Below, in pieces: positions 49,550-61,447 of a stretch of DNA of 64,000 nt. A model generated the notes under the pieces. It searched no databases, had not been told where the DNA came from, and was given only the letters and a program-made list of their open reading frames with translations. Every line of letters starts with the position of its first letter. Position 1 is the first letter of the stretch. The stretch is from an uncultured cyanobacterium (lineage in GTDB: Bacteria; Cyanobacteriota; Cyanobacteriia; Cyanobacteriales; CAWUOF01): positions 4,160,001 through 4,224,000 of the forward strand of contig CAVUSO010000001.1 in the NCBI GenBank assembly GCA_963744145.1. Direction: 5' to 3'. A program made the position numbers and the translations under genes.

Positions 49550-51331
49550 TTAGGAAGCTACCTTAGCTGTTGGACAACGTCGCGGGGCTGATTTCACCAT
49601 CGGTTCGGTTGGAGTAGATTGAACTGATAATTCTGGTGGAGTTTGCATCAAAAATACTAGCAATGGATTGCTATTGAGTTCACGTCTTAATAAACGTCTT
49701 AAAGCTTGTTCTAAATGAGCTTGCAATCCTGTCCAGTCAACTGACATTTGACCATCTGCTCCTGATTTAGCAAATTCTGACCAGCGATCGCTTAATTGTT
49801 CTTGCAGAATTTCTTGAACCCAGATTTGTAACAGCGATCGCTCTAAGTTGGTGACTACTCCCCGGAGATGAATTTCTGGTTTAGCCGCTAATTTACCATC
49901 CGCACTAATCGCTGCGGCTACGGTAACTACCCCATCTTCTGCTAATTGTTGTCGTTCTTTGAGGACAGTATCTTTGACAATACCCGAACCATTGACTAAT
50001 TCAATTCCAGCTGGAACTTTACCGACTATCTCCATCGCGTTTTCTGATAGTTCTACCACATCACCATTATTGATAATGACAATGTTTTCGGCAGGAATTC
50101 CCATACTTTGAGCAGTTTCAGAATGTTTAATTAACATCCGATGCTCTCCATGCACGGGTAAAAAGAATTTCGGACGAGTTAATGCAATCATCAGTTTTTG
50201 GTCTTCCTGACAACCATGTCCAGAAACATGAATTCCCTTTTCCCGACCGTAAATTACTTGAGCTCCTAGCATCATTAATTTATCGATGGTATTAACTACC
50301 GCGATCGTATTACCAGGAATGGGATTAGCTGAAAATACTACTGTATCACCCTGACGGATTTTAATTTGGCGATGATCACCTTCGGCAATTCTCGTCATTG
50401 CTGATAAGGGTTCTCCTTGAGAACCTGTGGTCAAAATCACCACCTGATCGTCGCTCAGATGACGGATTGCGTGTAATGGTTGTAAGAGATTGTCGTCACA
50501 GGTGATATATCCTAGATTTCGGGAATGGGCAATCACGTTTAACATGGAGCGACCCAGTACGGATACGACCCGGTTATGTTTTTTGGCTAAATCTAGGATG
50601 ATATTTAGACGATGTACGGAAGAAGCAAAAGTAGTAACTAGCAAACGTCCTTTTGCTTGGGCAAAAATTCGATCAAGATTAGGATAAACGGAGCGTTCTG
50701 AAGGTGTAAAACCGGGAACTTCAGCGTTAGTTGAATCACTAATTAAACATAAAATTCCTTTTTCACCATACTCCGCTAGTTTTTGTAAGTCAAAAAATTC
50801 TCCATCGACGGGAGTATGGTCGATTTTGAAATCTCCTGTATGAATGACAATTCCCACGGGAGTATGGATCGCGACGGTGAAACTATCCGCGATCGAGTGG
50901 GTGTTACGAATATATTCTACCGCAAATGATTTACCGATCCGGACTACATCACGGGGCATCACTGTCCGCAGTTGGGTCCGATTGGCTACTCCTGCTTCTT
51001 CTAATTTACCTTGGAGTAAAGCCATGGCTAATCGCGGACCATGAATAATGGGAATTTCAAATTGACGTAGATGAAACGCTATTCCACCAATATGGTCTTC
51101 GTGACCGTGGGTCACAATCATCCCTTTAATTTTATGGCTGTTTTCCCGCAGATAAGTCATATCGGGCAAAACGATATTGACACCGTGCATTCCATCGGTG
51201 GGAAAAGCTAGTCCCGCATCTAACAGGATGATTTCGTTATCATACTCAAATACACAGGTATTTTTGCCGATTTCATGTAGTCCTCCGAGAGGAATTATTT
51301 TCAGTCCAGATGCAATTTTGTTGTTAGTCAT
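49550..51331 (-). CDS. rnj: Ribonuclease J
   Basis: 'PLGGLHEIGKN', 'THGHEDHIG', 'HTGDFK', 'HVSGHG', 'PVHGE'. Confidence 0.95.
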   Translation of the reverse strand: MTNNKIASGLKIIPLGGLHEIGKNTCVFEYDNEIILLDAGLAFPTDGMHGVNIVLPDMTYLRENSHKIKGMIVTHGHEDHIGGIAFHLRQFEIPIIHGPRLAMALLQGKLEEAGVANRTQLRTVMPRDVVRIGKSFAVEYIRNTHSIADSFTVAIHTPVGIVIHTGDFKIDHTPVDGEFFDLQKLAEYGEKGILCLISDSTNAEVPGFTPSERSVYPNLDRIFAQAKGRLLVTTFASSVHRLNIILDLAKKHNRVVSVLGRSMLNVIAHSRNLGYITCDDNLLQPLHAIRHLSDDQVVILTTGSQGEPLSAMTRIAEGDHRQIKIRQGDTVVFSANPIPGNTIAVVNTIDKLMMLGAQVIYGREKGIHVSGHGCQEDQKLMIALTRPKFFLPVHGEHRMLIKHSETAQSMGIPAENIVIINNGDVVELSENAMEIVGKVPAGIELVNGSGIVKDTVLKERQQLAEDGVVTVAAAISADGKLAAKPEIHLRGVVTNLERSLLQIWVQEILQEQLSDRWSEFAKSGADGQMSVDWTGLQAHLEQALRRLLRRELNSNPLLVFLMQTPPELSVQSTPTEPMVKSAPRRCPTAKVAS

Positions 51332-51544
51332 TCCGATCCTTTATTTTGAGTTGGTGTGAAATTTTGAACTGGGAAAATTTGGAGATGCGAACAGAAACTT
51401 AAGTGCTAGACATAAGTAGCTTTTTTAGGAACATATTTCTTTGATTTTGGCTAACAGAAAATTGGTTAGGCTAACAGTGATAGTTATTCCTAATCAAAGG
51501 TTTTTCCGGTAGATTTATCTAGTTTTCTGGAACAATATAACGCT

Positions 51545-52429
51545 TTAAAGTAGGGCAAGTTGTTTCATGACTGTTTCGACATTTTGCTTGACTTCACTAG
51601 ATAGATCGTATAGCGGAAGACGAGTTGAACCTACGTTCCAACCTTGGAGGTTTAATGCTATTTTGATGGGGATTGGATTAGTAGTAGTAAATAAAACTTT
51701 GAACAAGGGAAAGAGTTTGATATGGATTTGTGTAGCGATTTGAGTTTTACCCATTTCAAAAGCTTGGATCATTTCTTGTAATTCTGTTGCTACTAAATGA
51801 GATGCTACACTAACAATTCCTTTACTCCCGATCGCTAATAAGGGTAGGGTGAGGGAGTCATCTCCAGCATATATAGCAAATTCTGCTGGTGTTAAAGCGC
51901 GAATTTGACTAGCTTGATCTATGTTTCCTGTTGCCTCTTTAATTGCTACAATATTGGGAATTTCCGCTAATCTGGCTACGGTTTCTGGTTGCAGGTTCTG
52001 TCCAGTACGTCCGGGAATATTATACAACATTATTGGTAAATCCGGAACTGCTTGGGCGATCGCTTGAAAGTGTTGGTACAGTCCTGCTTGGGGTGGTTTA
52101 TTATAATAGGGTACTACTTGTAAACTACCATCTAATCCTAGATCCGCAGCTTTTTTAGTTGCGGCGATCGCTTCTTTGGTAGAATTTGACCCTGTACCAG
52201 CAATTACCTTTATTTTTCCAGCTACGGCTTTTTGGACTACCTGAAATAATTCATATTCTTCATCCCAGGTTAAGGTTGGTGATTCTCCAGTAGTTCCACA
52301 TATTACCAAACTATCTGTACCATGTTCTGCTAAATGAGCTGCTAATTTTTCAGCTCCAGCATAATTTACACTACCATCTTCCTGCAACGGCGTAACCATT
52401 GCCGTTATTACTCTGCCGAAATTTACCAC
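51545..52429 (-). CDS. dapA: 4-hydroxy-tetrahydrodipicolinate synthase
   Basis: 'GTTGESPTL', 'PYYNKP', 'YNIPGRT', 'AIKEATG'. Confidence 0.95.
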   Translation of the reverse strand: MVNFGRVITAMVTPLQEDGSVNYAGAEKLAAHLAEHGTDSLVICGTTGESPTLTWDEEYELFQVVQKAVAGKIKVIAGTGSNSTKEAIAATKKAADLGLDGSLQVVPYYNKPPQAGLYQHFQAIAQAVPDLPIMLYNIPGRTGQNLQPETVARLAEIPNIVAIKEATGNIDQASQIRALTPAEFAIYAGDDSLTLPLLAIGSKGIVSVASHLVATELQEMIQAFEMGKTQIATQIHIKLFPLFKVLFTTTNPIPIKIALNLQGWNVGSTRLPLYDLSSEVKQNVETVMKQLALL

Positions 52430-52563
52430 TCTATCCTACCTATCTTTTTGCTGGTTGTGCATCTATTGGCATTTGGCTTGCTAGTTGCCATCTAGAAAAT
52501 ATTCCTGGTTACTATTTTTTGCATCTGCTAGTTCTTTAGATCATAGCAAAAAAAAAATAATTC

Positions 52564-53607
52564 CTAACTAGATTTAGCTAATGCTGCTGGTTTAAGCAAA
52601 TTTTTTGCGACCAATAACTCAGCAATTTGCACAGCATTTAAGGCTGCACCCTTGCGAATTTGATCTCCACTTAACCATAACTCTAACCCACAAGCGTTAG
52701 AAATATCTTGGCGAATACGACCTACTAATACTTGATCACGACCAGTCGCTTCCATGGGCATAGGGAAATAATTTTTTTGCCAGTTTTCCACTAATTGTAC
52801 TCCTGGAGCTTGACTTAATATTTCTCGCGCCAGATTTACGCTGAAGGGTTTAGCAAATTCTATATTAATTGCTTCTGAATGGGCTCGCAATACGGGAACC
52901 CGAACACAAGTGGCAGTAATTTTTATTTCTGGGTCAGCAAATATTTTCCGAGTCTCATTGAGCATTTTCATTTCTTCTTCACAATATCCTAGCTCATTTA
53001 ACGGGGAATTGTGGGGAAATAAATTAAATGCTAAGGGATAGGGAAATACTTCTGGTTCGACTGGTTCTCCTTTTAATATGGCGATCGCCTGATTTTTCAA
53101 TTCTGCCATAGCTTTAGCACCAGCACCACTAGCGGATTGATAAGTAGAAACTACTAGACGCTTCACTGGTTGGATTTGATGTAATGGCCAAACTGCGACA
53201 TTCATTAAAATTGTAGTGCAATTCGGATTAGCAATAATGCCTTGATGAGTGGCGATCGCTTGGGGATTAACTTCTGGCACAATTAACGGAACTTGGGGAT
53301 CAAGACGAAAAGCACTGGAGTTATCAATTACCACTGCACCTGCTTGAGCTGCTTTGGGAGCCCAAACTTTAGAAACCGAGCCGCCCGCCGAAGCTAGAAC
53401 TAGATCTATATGATCAAAAGAGCGATCGCTGACTGGGGAAACGGGCAATTTTTCACCCTGAAAGACCAGTGTCTGACCAGCAGAACGGGGAGAAGCTAAC
53501 AGTTTCAAATCAGCGAGGGGAAACTGACGGCTTGCCAATAATTCTAGCAATTCGGTGCCAACTGCGCCGGTTGCTCCTAAGATTGCGACTCGATAAGATT
53601 GACTCAA
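52564..53607 (-). CDS. asd: Aspartate-semialdehyde dehydrogenase
   Basis: 'GATGAVG', 'DNSSAFR', 'ANPNCTT', 'STYQSASGAG', 'RKGAALNAVQIAE'. Confidence 0.95.
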   Translation of the reverse strand: MSQSYRVAILGATGAVGTELLELLASRQFPLADLKLLASPRSAGQTLVFQGEKLPVSPVSDRSFDHIDLVLASAGGSVSKVWAPKAAQAGAVVIDNSSAFRLDPQVPLIVPEVNPQAIATHQGIIANPNCTTILMNVAVWPLHQIQPVKRLVVSTYQSASGAGAKAMAELKNQAIAILKGEPVEPEVFPYPLAFNLFPHNSPLNELGYCEEEMKMLNETRKIFADPEIKITATCVRVPVLRAHSEAINIEFAKPFSVNLAREILSQAPGVQLVENWQKNYFPMPMEATGRDQVLVGRIRQDISNACGLELWLSGDQIRKGAALNAVQIAELLVAKNLLKPAALAKSS

Positions 53608-54001
53608 ATTGGGTTCCTCCAGATGGTCTCTTGATATTTAGGGTGTAATAAAGATACAGATAAATCGATAATAGTACAGATATTTTCCGAAATTTATCTA
53701 GATGGGTTGGGTTGGTAACTGAGGGACAGTTACACCTAAATAGAGGCAAAGATAACGCTAATTGGACTAATATAGTATATTATAATCAATTTAGAGCAAA
53801 TAAAATCGGATGAAAATTAAGATCTTTATTTTAGTCCAAAATAAGTTATGATGGTTGATTGCGGTCAGAAGATTTTAGCAAATTTTGGCAGCACCTGGAT
53901 CAGGTGAAACCGAAAGCAGCCCGGAATACCGCGCTTGTAAATTAATACAGGCAAAAATTACGATTGCTCGTTAAAAATATTGTCAGTAAAGCAAAGGTCT
54001 G

Positions 54002-55531
54002 ATGAAAGTAACCCAGGAAAAGCTTCCCGCCAGCCAGATTGGGCTGGAAATCGAAATTACACCAGAAATGTCTAAGCAAGCCTACGAGCAGGTAATTCGG
54101 AATTTAACCCGCTCAGCTAATATTCCTGGGTTTCGCAAAGGTAAGGTGCCAAGGCAAATTTTACTGCAAAGGTTTGGCACCCAGCGGCTGAAAGCGAGTG
54201 CAGTAGAAGAATTGATTCAAGATAGTCTCAAAAAAGCAGTTGAGCAAGAAAAGATTGAAATAATTGGTCAAGTGGAACTGCGCTCGGCGATCGAGGATTT
54301 GATCACTCAGTATGAACCAGGAAAAACCCTCACATTTTCCGCCACAGTAGATGTGCGACCGGAAATTGAGCTGGGTCAGTACACTGGATTAAACTTAAAA
54401 GTAGAAGAAGTTCTGTACGATCCGAGCAAAGTTGATCTTTTTTTGGCAGAACGTCAGAAAGGGAGAGCGACTTTGATTCCTGTAGAAGGAAGACCAGCCC
54501 AAATTGGAGATGTGGTGGTCATAGATTATCAAGGTGAATTTCCCTCATCAGCTGAGGAAGGTAACGAAATTCCCAGAGTTGAATCGGAAGACTTTGAAGT
54601 TGAGCTGGTCGAAGGTCAGTTGCTCCCAGAATTCACCGTCGCGATCGCGGGGATGAATTTGAACGAAAGTAAAGAAGTGCCAGTTCAATTTCCTGCGGAT
54701 TATCCCCATGAAGATTATGCTGGACGGGCAGCTATTTTTACCATTACGCTCAAGGATATTAAGGAGAAGGAGTTACCCGAATTAGATGATGATTTAGCCC
54801 AAGAAATTAGCGAATTTGAGACCATGGCGGAATTAAGAGCATCCTTAGAAGCAAAATATCAAAAGGATGCCCAGGACCAAACCACTAAGAAAAAAAAGGA
54901 AGCATTAATAGAGGAATTAGTCCAAGTGGTAAAAGGTGATCTACCGGAAACCATGATTGAAGAAGAACTAAAATTGATGTTGAACCAAACAGTCATGCAG
55001 TTAGAAAATGCTGGGGTTGACATCCAAAGAGTGTTGACAGCGGAAATGGTTCAGGAGATGAAACAGCGATCGCGTCCAGATGCGATTAATCGGATTAAAA
55101 AAAATCTGGGGCTTGAAGCGATTAGTACCCGCGAATCAATTCAGGTAGAACAGTCGGCGATCGCTAGCAGGATGCGGGAAATTAAGGAAAAACTGGATGA
55201 TCCCAGAATCGACAATTCCCGCTTAAGAAAATTTGTCGAAGCAGAGCTAATTCAAGAAAAAACCATCGATTGGTTGTTAGAAAATGCCCAGATTGAACTG
55301 GTGCCACCTAGCTCTTTAACTCCAGCCCAACCAGAAGCAGAAACTACTCCTGTAGTGGAAACAGTAGCTTCTCCCATAGTAGACCCAGAATCTGAGTCAG
55401 GGTCAATACTTACTGATCTGGAAGTATCGGTGGAAGTAGCACCACCACCCGAACCTTCTCCCAGTTTAGAAGAAACAGAAATCACCGTGGAAGTTGTAGC
55501 CCAAACTGTACAGGAGCCAGAAAACGAATAA
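54002..55531 (+). CDS. tig: Trigger factor
   Basis: 'IPGFRKGKVP' ribosome-binding signature, FKBP domain, upstream of clpP-clpX. Confidence 0.95.
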   Translation: MKVTQEKLPASQIGLEIEITPEMSKQAYEQVIRNLTRSANIPGFRKGKVPRQILLQRFGTQRLKASAVEELIQDSLKKAVEQEKIEIIGQVELRSAIEDLITQYEPGKTLTFSATVDVRPEIELGQYTGLNLKVEEVLYDPSKVDLFLAERQKGRATLIPVEGRPAQIGDVVVIDYQGEFPSSAEEGNEIPRVESEDFEVELVEGQLLPEFTVAIAGMNLNESKEVPVQFPADYPHEDYAGRAAIFTITLKDIKEKELPELDDDLAQEISEFETMAELRASLEAKYQKDAQDQTTKKKKEALIEELVQVVKGDLPETMIEEELKLMLNQTVMQLENAGVDIQRVLTAEMVQEMKQRSRPDAINRIKKNLGLEAISTRESIQVEQSAIASRMREIKEKLDDPRIDNSRLRKFVEAELIQEKTIDWLLENAQIELVPPSSLTPAQPEAETTPVVETVASPIVDPESESGSILTDLEVSVEVAPPPEPSPSLEETEITVEVVAQTVQEPENE

Positions 55532-55792
55532 CGGAACAGGATTAGGTGTCAGTAATTTTACTTGATACCTAATCCGATCGCCAAAATACGGTAGATATAC
55601 TGAGCTTGAAAAGGTAAATTCTCGGTAAAACCATGCTAGAATAGCGAGATAAACGCCTTGCTCGTTTTGCAGTAGTTTGCCTAGATTTTTAGAAGCGGCA
55701 TAATATAATAAAGTAAAATACCTACAGGTATAACCAACCTGACCAGTTAAATTTACCGCAAATTAATCAATAGTATTGATGAAATAAGTTCT

Positions 55793-56482
55793 ATGTTTGT
55801 ATCTCAGTCTCACCATAAGCCGTTTAGCAGCTTGAACCAATTGACGATCCAATCAGTTGACCCGAAGAATGTTGTCCCAATGGTAGTAGAACATTCTGGT
55901 GTAGGTGAACGCGCTTTTGACATCTACTCACGATTGCTGCGAGAACGAATTATTTTTTTGGGCACAGCGATCGATGATACAGTATCAGACTCGATCGTCG
56001 CTCAACTTTTGTTCTTAGACGCGGAAGACCCAGAAAAGGATATCCAGATATATATCAACTCTCCAGGAGGGTCAGTCACCGCGGGGATGGCTATTTACGA
56101 CACCATTCAACAAATTCGCCCCAATGTGATGACCATCTGTTATGGGTTAGCTGCTAGTATGGGAGCATTTCTTTTAACTGCGGGGACATCAGGAAAGCGG
56201 ATGTCTCTCCCCAGTTCGAGAATTATGATTCATCAGCCCCTCGGAGGTGCCCAAGGACAAGCCGTTGACATCGAAATACAAGCCAAAGAAATCCTTTATC
56301 ATAAGCATAAGCTGAATGAATTACTGGCTTATCATACGGGTCAGCCCTTAGAGAGAATTGAAGCAGATACCGAACGCGACTTTTTTATGTCTGCGGTTGA
56401 AGCTCAACATTACGGTCTCATCGATCAAGTGATCTCTAAACAAAATTTTCCCACCTCAGAAGTGGTTACCGTAGTCAAATAA
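55793..56482 (+). CDS. clpP: ATP-dependent Clp protease proteolytic subunit
   Basis: '[14 protein letters not shown]', 'YINSPGG', 'AASMGAFL', 'IHQPLGG'. Confidence 0.96.
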   Translation: MFVSQSHHKPFSSLNQLTIQSVDPKNVVPMVVEHSGVGERAFDIYSRLLRERIIFLGTAIDDTVSDSIVAQLLFLDAEDPEKDIQIYINSPGGSVTAGMAIYDTIQQIRPNVMTICYGLAASMGAFLLTAGTSGKRMSLPSSRIMIHQPLGGAQGQAVDIEIQAKEILYHKHKLNELLAYHTGQPLERIEADTERDFFMSAVEAQHYGLIDQVISKQNFPTSEVVTVVK

Positions 56483-56491
56483 GAGGCGATT

Positions 56492-57838
56492 ATGTCCCCG
56501 AAATACGACTCCCATCTAAAATGTTCGTTTTGTGGTAAGTCTCAAGAACAGGTTCGCAAATTAATCGCTGGTCCAGGAGTCTACATTTGTGATGAATGTG
56601 TAGATTTATGTAACGAAATTTTAGATGAGGAGTTATTTGACTCCAATGCTACCCCTCCACAACCAGCCCCTCGTTCATCGGAACCACCACAAAAACGTCG
56701 CGCTCGTACTAGCAATATAAACCTGAGTCAAATACCTAAACCTCGAGAGATTAAAAAGTTTCTAGATGAACATGTAATTGGTCAGGAAGAAGCCAAAAAA
56801 GTGTTGTCAGTGGCAGTTTACAACCACTACAAACGTTTAAGTGTAGTTCAAATCAAAGGGAGCAGTAAACCGGTATTAGATGATACAGTGGAACTGCAAA
56901 AATCCAATATTTTGCTGATTGGTCCAACCGGTTGTGGCAAAACTTTGTTAGCCCAAACTTTGGCAAATCTGCTAGATGTCCCCTTTGCGGTCGCAGATGC
57001 AACTACTTTAACAGAAGCCGGATATGTGGGCGAAGATGTAGAAAATATCTTGTTACGTCTCTTACAAGTAGCTGATTTTGATGTGGAAGAGGCTCAACGA
57101 GGAATTATCTATATTGACGAAATTGATAAAATTGCCCGCAAAAGTGAAAATCCCTCCATTACGCGAGATGTATCTGGGGAAGGAGTGCAGCAAGCACTTC
57201 TGAAAATGTTAGAAGGTACAGTCGCAAATGTACCCCCCCAAGGAGGACGCAAGCACCCCTATCAAGATTGTATCCAAATTGATACCAGCAATATTTTGTT
57301 TATCTGTGGTGGTGCGTTTGTTGGTCTGGAAAAAGCAGTGGAGCAGCGCATTGGTAAAAAATCCATTGGTTTTATTCAAGCAGGTGATGCTCAACCCAAG
57401 GAAAAACGTGCAGCAGATATTCTGAAGCAATTAGAACCAGATGATTTGGTCAAGTTTGGGATGATTCCTGAGTTCATTGGTCGTGTCCCAATGGTAGCGG
57501 TGGTAGAGCCGTTAGATGAAAATACCTTAGCCGCAATTTTGACCGAACCTCGCAATGCGTTGGTTAAGCAATATCAAAAACTGCTGAAGATGGATAATGT
57601 CCAGTTAGACTTTAAGCAAGATGCAATTCGGGCGATCGCTCAAGAAGCTTATCGACGCAAAACGGGAGCAAGAGCTTTACGCGGAATTGTGGAAGAATTA
57701 ATGCTGGATGTAATGTATGAGTTACCATCTCGCAAAGATGTCACTCGTTGTACGGTGACAAGAGAAATGGTAGAAAAGCGATCGACTGCTGAATTACTAT
57801 TACATCCTTCTTCGTTACCAAAACCAGAATCGGCTTAA
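56492..57838 (+). CDS. clpX: Clp protease ATP-binding subunit
   Basis: C4 zinc finger 'CSFCGK..CDEC', 'GPTGCGKT', 'IGF' loop. Confidence 0.97.
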   Translation: MSPKYDSHLKCSFCGKSQEQVRKLIAGPGVYICDECVDLCNEILDEELFDSNATPPQPAPRSSEPPQKRRARTSNINLSQIPKPREIKKFLDEHVIGQEEAKKVLSVAVYNHYKRLSVVQIKGSSKPVLDDTVELQKSNILLIGPTGCGKTLLAQTLANLLDVPFAVADATTLTEAGYVGEDVENILLRLLQVADFDVEEAQRGIIYIDEIDKIARKSENPSITRDVSGEGVQQALLKMLEGTVANVPPQGGRKHPYQDCIQIDTSNILFICGGAFVGLEKAVEQRIGKKSIGFIQAGDAQPKEKRAADILKQLEPDDLVKFGMIPEFIGRVPMVAVVEPLDENTLAAILTEPRNALVKQYQKLLKMDNVQLDFKQDAIRAIAQEAYRRKTGARALRGIVEELMLDVMYELPSRKDVTRCTVTREMVEKRSTAELLLHPSSLPKPESA

Positions 57839-57858
57839 ATAATTTGATTGAGTGAATC

Positions 57859-58701
57859 ATGGCGGAAATTAAAATTCGTGGTGTTAACCATTATTATGAA
57901 TGGATAACGGCATCAGAAACCTGCAAGCGATCGGGTAAACCAGTTCTAGTTTTTTTGCATGGTTGGGGAGGATCATGTCGGTATTGGGAAAGCACCGCGC
58001 GATCGCTGACAGCTCAATTTGATTGTTTGCTCTACGATTTACGCGGGTTTGGACGGTCGAAATTACCCCGGATTACCCCGGTAGAAATCGACTATAAATT
58101 AGAAGAATATGCTGAGGATTTAGCGATCTTACTAGATGAATTAGGTCTAGGGAAAGTTTATATTAATGCTCATTCTATGGGGGGGTCGATCGCGACTTTC
58201 TTTTTAAATCGTTATCCCGATCGGGTAGAAAAAGCCATCTTGACCTGTAGCGGAATTTTTGAATATGACGAGGAATCATTCACAGCTTTTCATAAATTTG
58301 GTCGTTATGTAGTTCAGTTTCGTCCAGCTTGGTTAGCCTATATTCCTTTTGCTGATAAAATGTTTATTGCCAGGTTTTTGCACCGTCCGTTACCGAGTGC
58401 GATGAGTCAGGCTTTTTTAGAAGATTTTCTGAGTGCAGATTATGAAGCAGCATTAGGTACTATTTTTACGGCTGTAAGTAAAAGAGCATCGGAAATTATG
58501 CCCGAAGAATTTGCCCGATTAAATATACCAACTTTATTGATTGCTGGGGAATTCGATCGGATTATTCCCGCAGCAATGGGTCGTAAAGCAGCTAATTTAA
58601 GTGATAAAATTCAATTTTATCTGATGCAGGATACTGGTCATTTTCCGATGTTAGAAGATCCTGGAACTTATCTTCAGCAAGTTCAGGAATTTTTGGTGTA
58701 A
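57859..58701 (+). CDS. Alpha/beta fold hydrolase
   Basis: 'FLHGWGG', 'DLRGFGRS', 'AHSMGG', 'GHFPMLE'. Confidence 0.9.
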   Translation: MAEIKIRGVNHYYEWITASETCKRSGKPVLVFLHGWGGSCRYWESTARSLTAQFDCLLYDLRGFGRSKLPRITPVEIDYKLEEYAEDLAILLDELGLGKVYINAHSMGGSIATFFLNRYPDRVEKAILTCSGIFEYDEESFTAFHKFGRYVVQFRPAWLAYIPFADKMFIARFLHRPLPSAMSQAFLEDFLSADYEAALGTIFTAVSKRASEIMPEEFARLNIPTLLIAGEFDRIIPAAMGRKAANLSDKIQFYLMQDTGHFPMLEDPGTYLQQVQEFLV

Positions 58702-58759
58702 GAATTACCCACAATAGTGATATAGATCGGGAATAGAATATATTAATGGGGAATTTTAA

Positions 58760-59839
58760 ATGATCAAAAATATTACCATCAAAAATTTTAGATGCTTCGA
58801 TAGCTTAAAAGTATCTGAATTTGGAAAAATCAATTTAATTAGTGGTAAAAATAATGTTGGAAAAACTGCACTTTTGGAAGCAATATTTTTAAATAGTTCT
58901 CCCAGACCAGATACAATTTTTTTACTTCGTCAGATCAGAAAAGAATCAAGAGATTTTAGTAAAGCTCTACCAGATAGAACTTGGAATAATTTCTTCTTCC
59001 AGCAAAATAAAAATAATAAAATCTTAATTGAAGCTACTTTAGAAAATGAAGCCTCAAAAGTAATTGAAATTAGTGTTGATGAATCAATTAAAAACTTTTT
59101 AGAAGATGACAGTGAACAGGAAGAAAAAGAAATAAACAGTCTTTTTTCGGGAAGTGAATCAGTAGTATCAGTAATGCACATTAAAACAAAGATAGACAAT
59201 CAAAATTCATTTGAAACTCAAATTCTGGCAAGCTCTAAAGCATTGATAGGGAAAGATATTAAGCTTCCAGATATTAAAGATACTTTCTTTGTTCCCGCTT
59301 TTTTGAGAATCTCTAATAGAGAATTGGCAAATGAATTTGATAAAGCTCGTTTTAACAAAAGGGATAAGGAGGTTTTAAAAGCGTTTCAAACCATTGATTC
59401 TTCTATAATTCTGGTCGAAAGTTTTAGTATTGGTGAACCTAACATTTATTTAACAAGAGCAGGAGAAGATCTATTACCTTTATCATTGTTTGGTGATGGT
59501 ATTAGTCGAATTGCTGATATTATATTAAAGCTTGTTAACAATGATAATAGTATTTTATTAATTGATGAAATTGAAAATGGTATTCATCACTCTAATCAAG
59601 TTTACTTCTGGAATCTTCTTTATCAGCTAGCTGATCGATTTAATATTCAAATCTTTGCAACAACCCATAGTTTAGAAATGACCCAGGCTTTTATAGAAGC
59701 TGGCGTAGAACATGATATTTTAGCTGCTCATTTTGAGATAACCAGAAACGCTAAAACAGGAAATCTTGTTGCAATCAGACGAGATTTAGATACTTTAGAT
59801 TATGGGATAAAACACAAAAAAGAGGTGAGAGGTGGGTAG
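58760..59839 (+). CDS. ABC-type AAA ATPase (AAA_15/AAA_21-like)
   Basis: 'IKNFRCF', Walker A 'GKNNVGKT', signature-like 'FGDG', 'LIDEIENGIH', 'ATTHS'. Confidence 0.88.
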   Translation: MIKNITIKNFRCFDSLKVSEFGKINLISGKNNVGKTALLEAIFLNSSPRPDTIFLLRQIRKESRDFSKALPDRTWNNFFFQQNKNNKILIEATLENEASKVIEISVDESIKNFLEDDSEQEEKEINSLFSGSESVVSVMHIKTKIDNQNSFETQILASSKALIGKDIKLPDIKDTFFVPAFLRISNRELANEFDKARFNKRDKEVLKAFQTIDSSIILVESFSIGEPNIYLTRAGEDLLPLSLFGDGISRIADIILKLVNNDNSILLIDEIENGIHHSNQVYFWNLLYQLADRFNIQIFATTHSLEMTQAFIEAGVEHDILAAHFEITRNAKTGNLVAIRRDLDTLDYGIKHKKEVRGG

Positions 59840-60518
59840 TAATATTCTGATTGTAGAAAGCAAAAATGATCAGTATTTCTTTAAAGCCATCATTGACTAT
59901 CTTAACTATGATATAGCAATTGCACCGCCCATTCTACTTTCAGAGGAAGACTATCGCTCAATGAATGGTTTAGCTTTAAAGAAAGCTCTTAAAGATTTAA
60001 AGGCTGATATCGAAAAGGGTGAGATTGAAAAAATAGGTATAATTATCGATGCTGATAATCATTCAAAAGAAGATCGGATTACCTTTATAAATAAATATAT
60101 TCAAAAAGTATTTCCAGGTTCACCATTACTTAGTAACACCAACGAGTTGATCAATTTAAGTTTTGCTGAATTTAATATTCAATTAGCCTGTTATTTGACT
60201 AATGTTGATGGACAAGGAGAACTTGAGACAGTCTTAAAAGTAATTAAGAATAGGACTTCTATTTATGCTGATTGTCTAGAAAGTTGGAAAGCTTGTTTGC
60301 AAAGTCAACACAAAACAATCACGATTAAAGAGTTTGATAAATTTTGGGTTTCCATGTACCTTAGATTTGATACCTGTTCAGATGATGAAAAGCGTCAAGC
60401 CGAGCGTAAGTGTAGCATGAAAGGATTTGAATATGTGATGAAAGAAAAAGTAACTATTTGGGATTTTGAGAATTCCATCTTAGATGATTTGAAGCACTTT
60501 CTTCAATTATTTTGCTAA
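59832..60518 (+). CDS. DUF3226-like protein with TOPRIM-like motifs
   Basis: 'ILIVESKND', 'IGIIIDAD', 'GELETVL'; overlaps ATPase stop by 8 nt. Confidence 0.7.
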   Translation: MGSNILIVESKNDQYFFKAIIDYLNYDIAIAPPILLSEEDYRSMNGLALKKALKDLKADIEKGEIEKIGIIIDADNHSKEDRITFINKYIQKVFPGSPLLSNTNELINLSFAEFNIQLACYLTNVDGQGELETVLKVIKNRTSIYADCLESWKACLQSQHKTITIKEFDKFWVSMYLRFDTCSDDEKRQAERKCSMKGFEYVMKEKVTIWDFENSILDDLKHFLQLFC

Positions 60519-60530
60519 TATGTTCAACCC

Positions 60531-61367
60531 CTAAATAACTCCATACTTTTTAAACCAAGCTTTTAAAAGTTCCCATCCATCTTCAGCTTGCTTTTGCCGA
60601 TAGGATGAGCGATAATCAGCATTAAAACCGTGGGGAGTATCAGGATATAAAATAATCTCTGAACCGCTTGAACTAGATTGAAGTGCCTGACCCATTTTTT
60701 CCACTGAGTCAACTGGAATATTAGTATCTTGATCGCCATAAAGTCCTAATACAGGTACTGTTAAAGTAGCAGCAATATCAATCGGATTGATCGGAGTTAA
60801 AGTTGTAGGTTTACCAACTAAACGTCCATACCAAGCCACACCTGCTTTTACGTTTGGATTATAAGCTGCATATAACCAGACAATCCTTCCACCCCAACAA
60901 AAACCAGTAATTCCTAACTTATCAATATTGGCTTTTCCCGTTTTTTGTGCCCAATTTACAGTAGCATCTAAATCGGACATGACTTGAGCATCAGGAACTT
61001 TAGAAACAACTTTGCTAATAATTTCTGAAGGATTACTAATTTTAGAAACATCACCTTGACGAGCATAAAGTTCGGTCGCGATCGCAAAATAACCCAATTT
61101 AGCCAAACGACGACAAATATCCTGAATGTGGGCATGAACACCAAAAATTTCCTGCACTACTAATATAACGGGAAAATTCTCCCCAATTGCGGGCATAGCT
61201 CGATAAGCAGGGATTTCACCATCTGAAACCGGAATTTTTACTTGTCCAGCGATTAAACCGTTACTATCGGTGACAATTGTTTTGGCAGAAATTGGCCGAA
61301 CTGCTAGGGCAAAAGATGTAGCTAAGGCAGTTACAATGATAAATTGCCGACGGGTCAAATCGGACAT
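60531..61367 (-). CDS. Dienelactone hydrolase family protein with Tat-like signal
   Basis: 'TRRQF' N-terminus, 'QEIFG', 'GFCWGG', 'HGFNADYR'. Confidence 0.92.
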   Translation of the reverse strand: MSDLTRRQFIIVTALATSFALAVRPISAKTIVTDSNGLIAGQVKIPVSDGEIPAYRAMPAIGENFPVILVVQEIFGVHAHIQDICRRLAKLGYFAIATELYARQGDVSKISNPSEIISKVVSKVPDAQVMSDLDATVNWAQKTGKANIDKLGITGFCWGGRIVWLYAAYNPNVKAGVAWYGRLVGKPTTLTPINPIDIAATLTVPVLGLYGDQDTNIPVDSVEKMGQALQSSSSGSEIILYPDTPHGFNADYRSSYRQKQAEDGWELLKAWFKKYGVI

Positions 61368-61447
61368 TAGCTGTTCCCTCTAAGTATTTTTGAGCATAGT
61401 TTACTATAAATACCTGGCAAAAATCAGTGAGGTATATTTAGTCGTAA

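Noticed and set aside
53885..53930. Resemblance of TCAGGTGAAACCGAAAGCAGC to the SRP RNA (ffs) loop
   Set aside because: Lacks the CCGGAAGG tetraloop helix and the long closing stem
3716..59199. Numerous 60-130 aa ORFs antisense to or overlapping long genes (e.g. 16012-16413, 21314-21622, 18735-19034)
   Set aside because: Shadow ORFs of well-supported genes with no recognisable motifs
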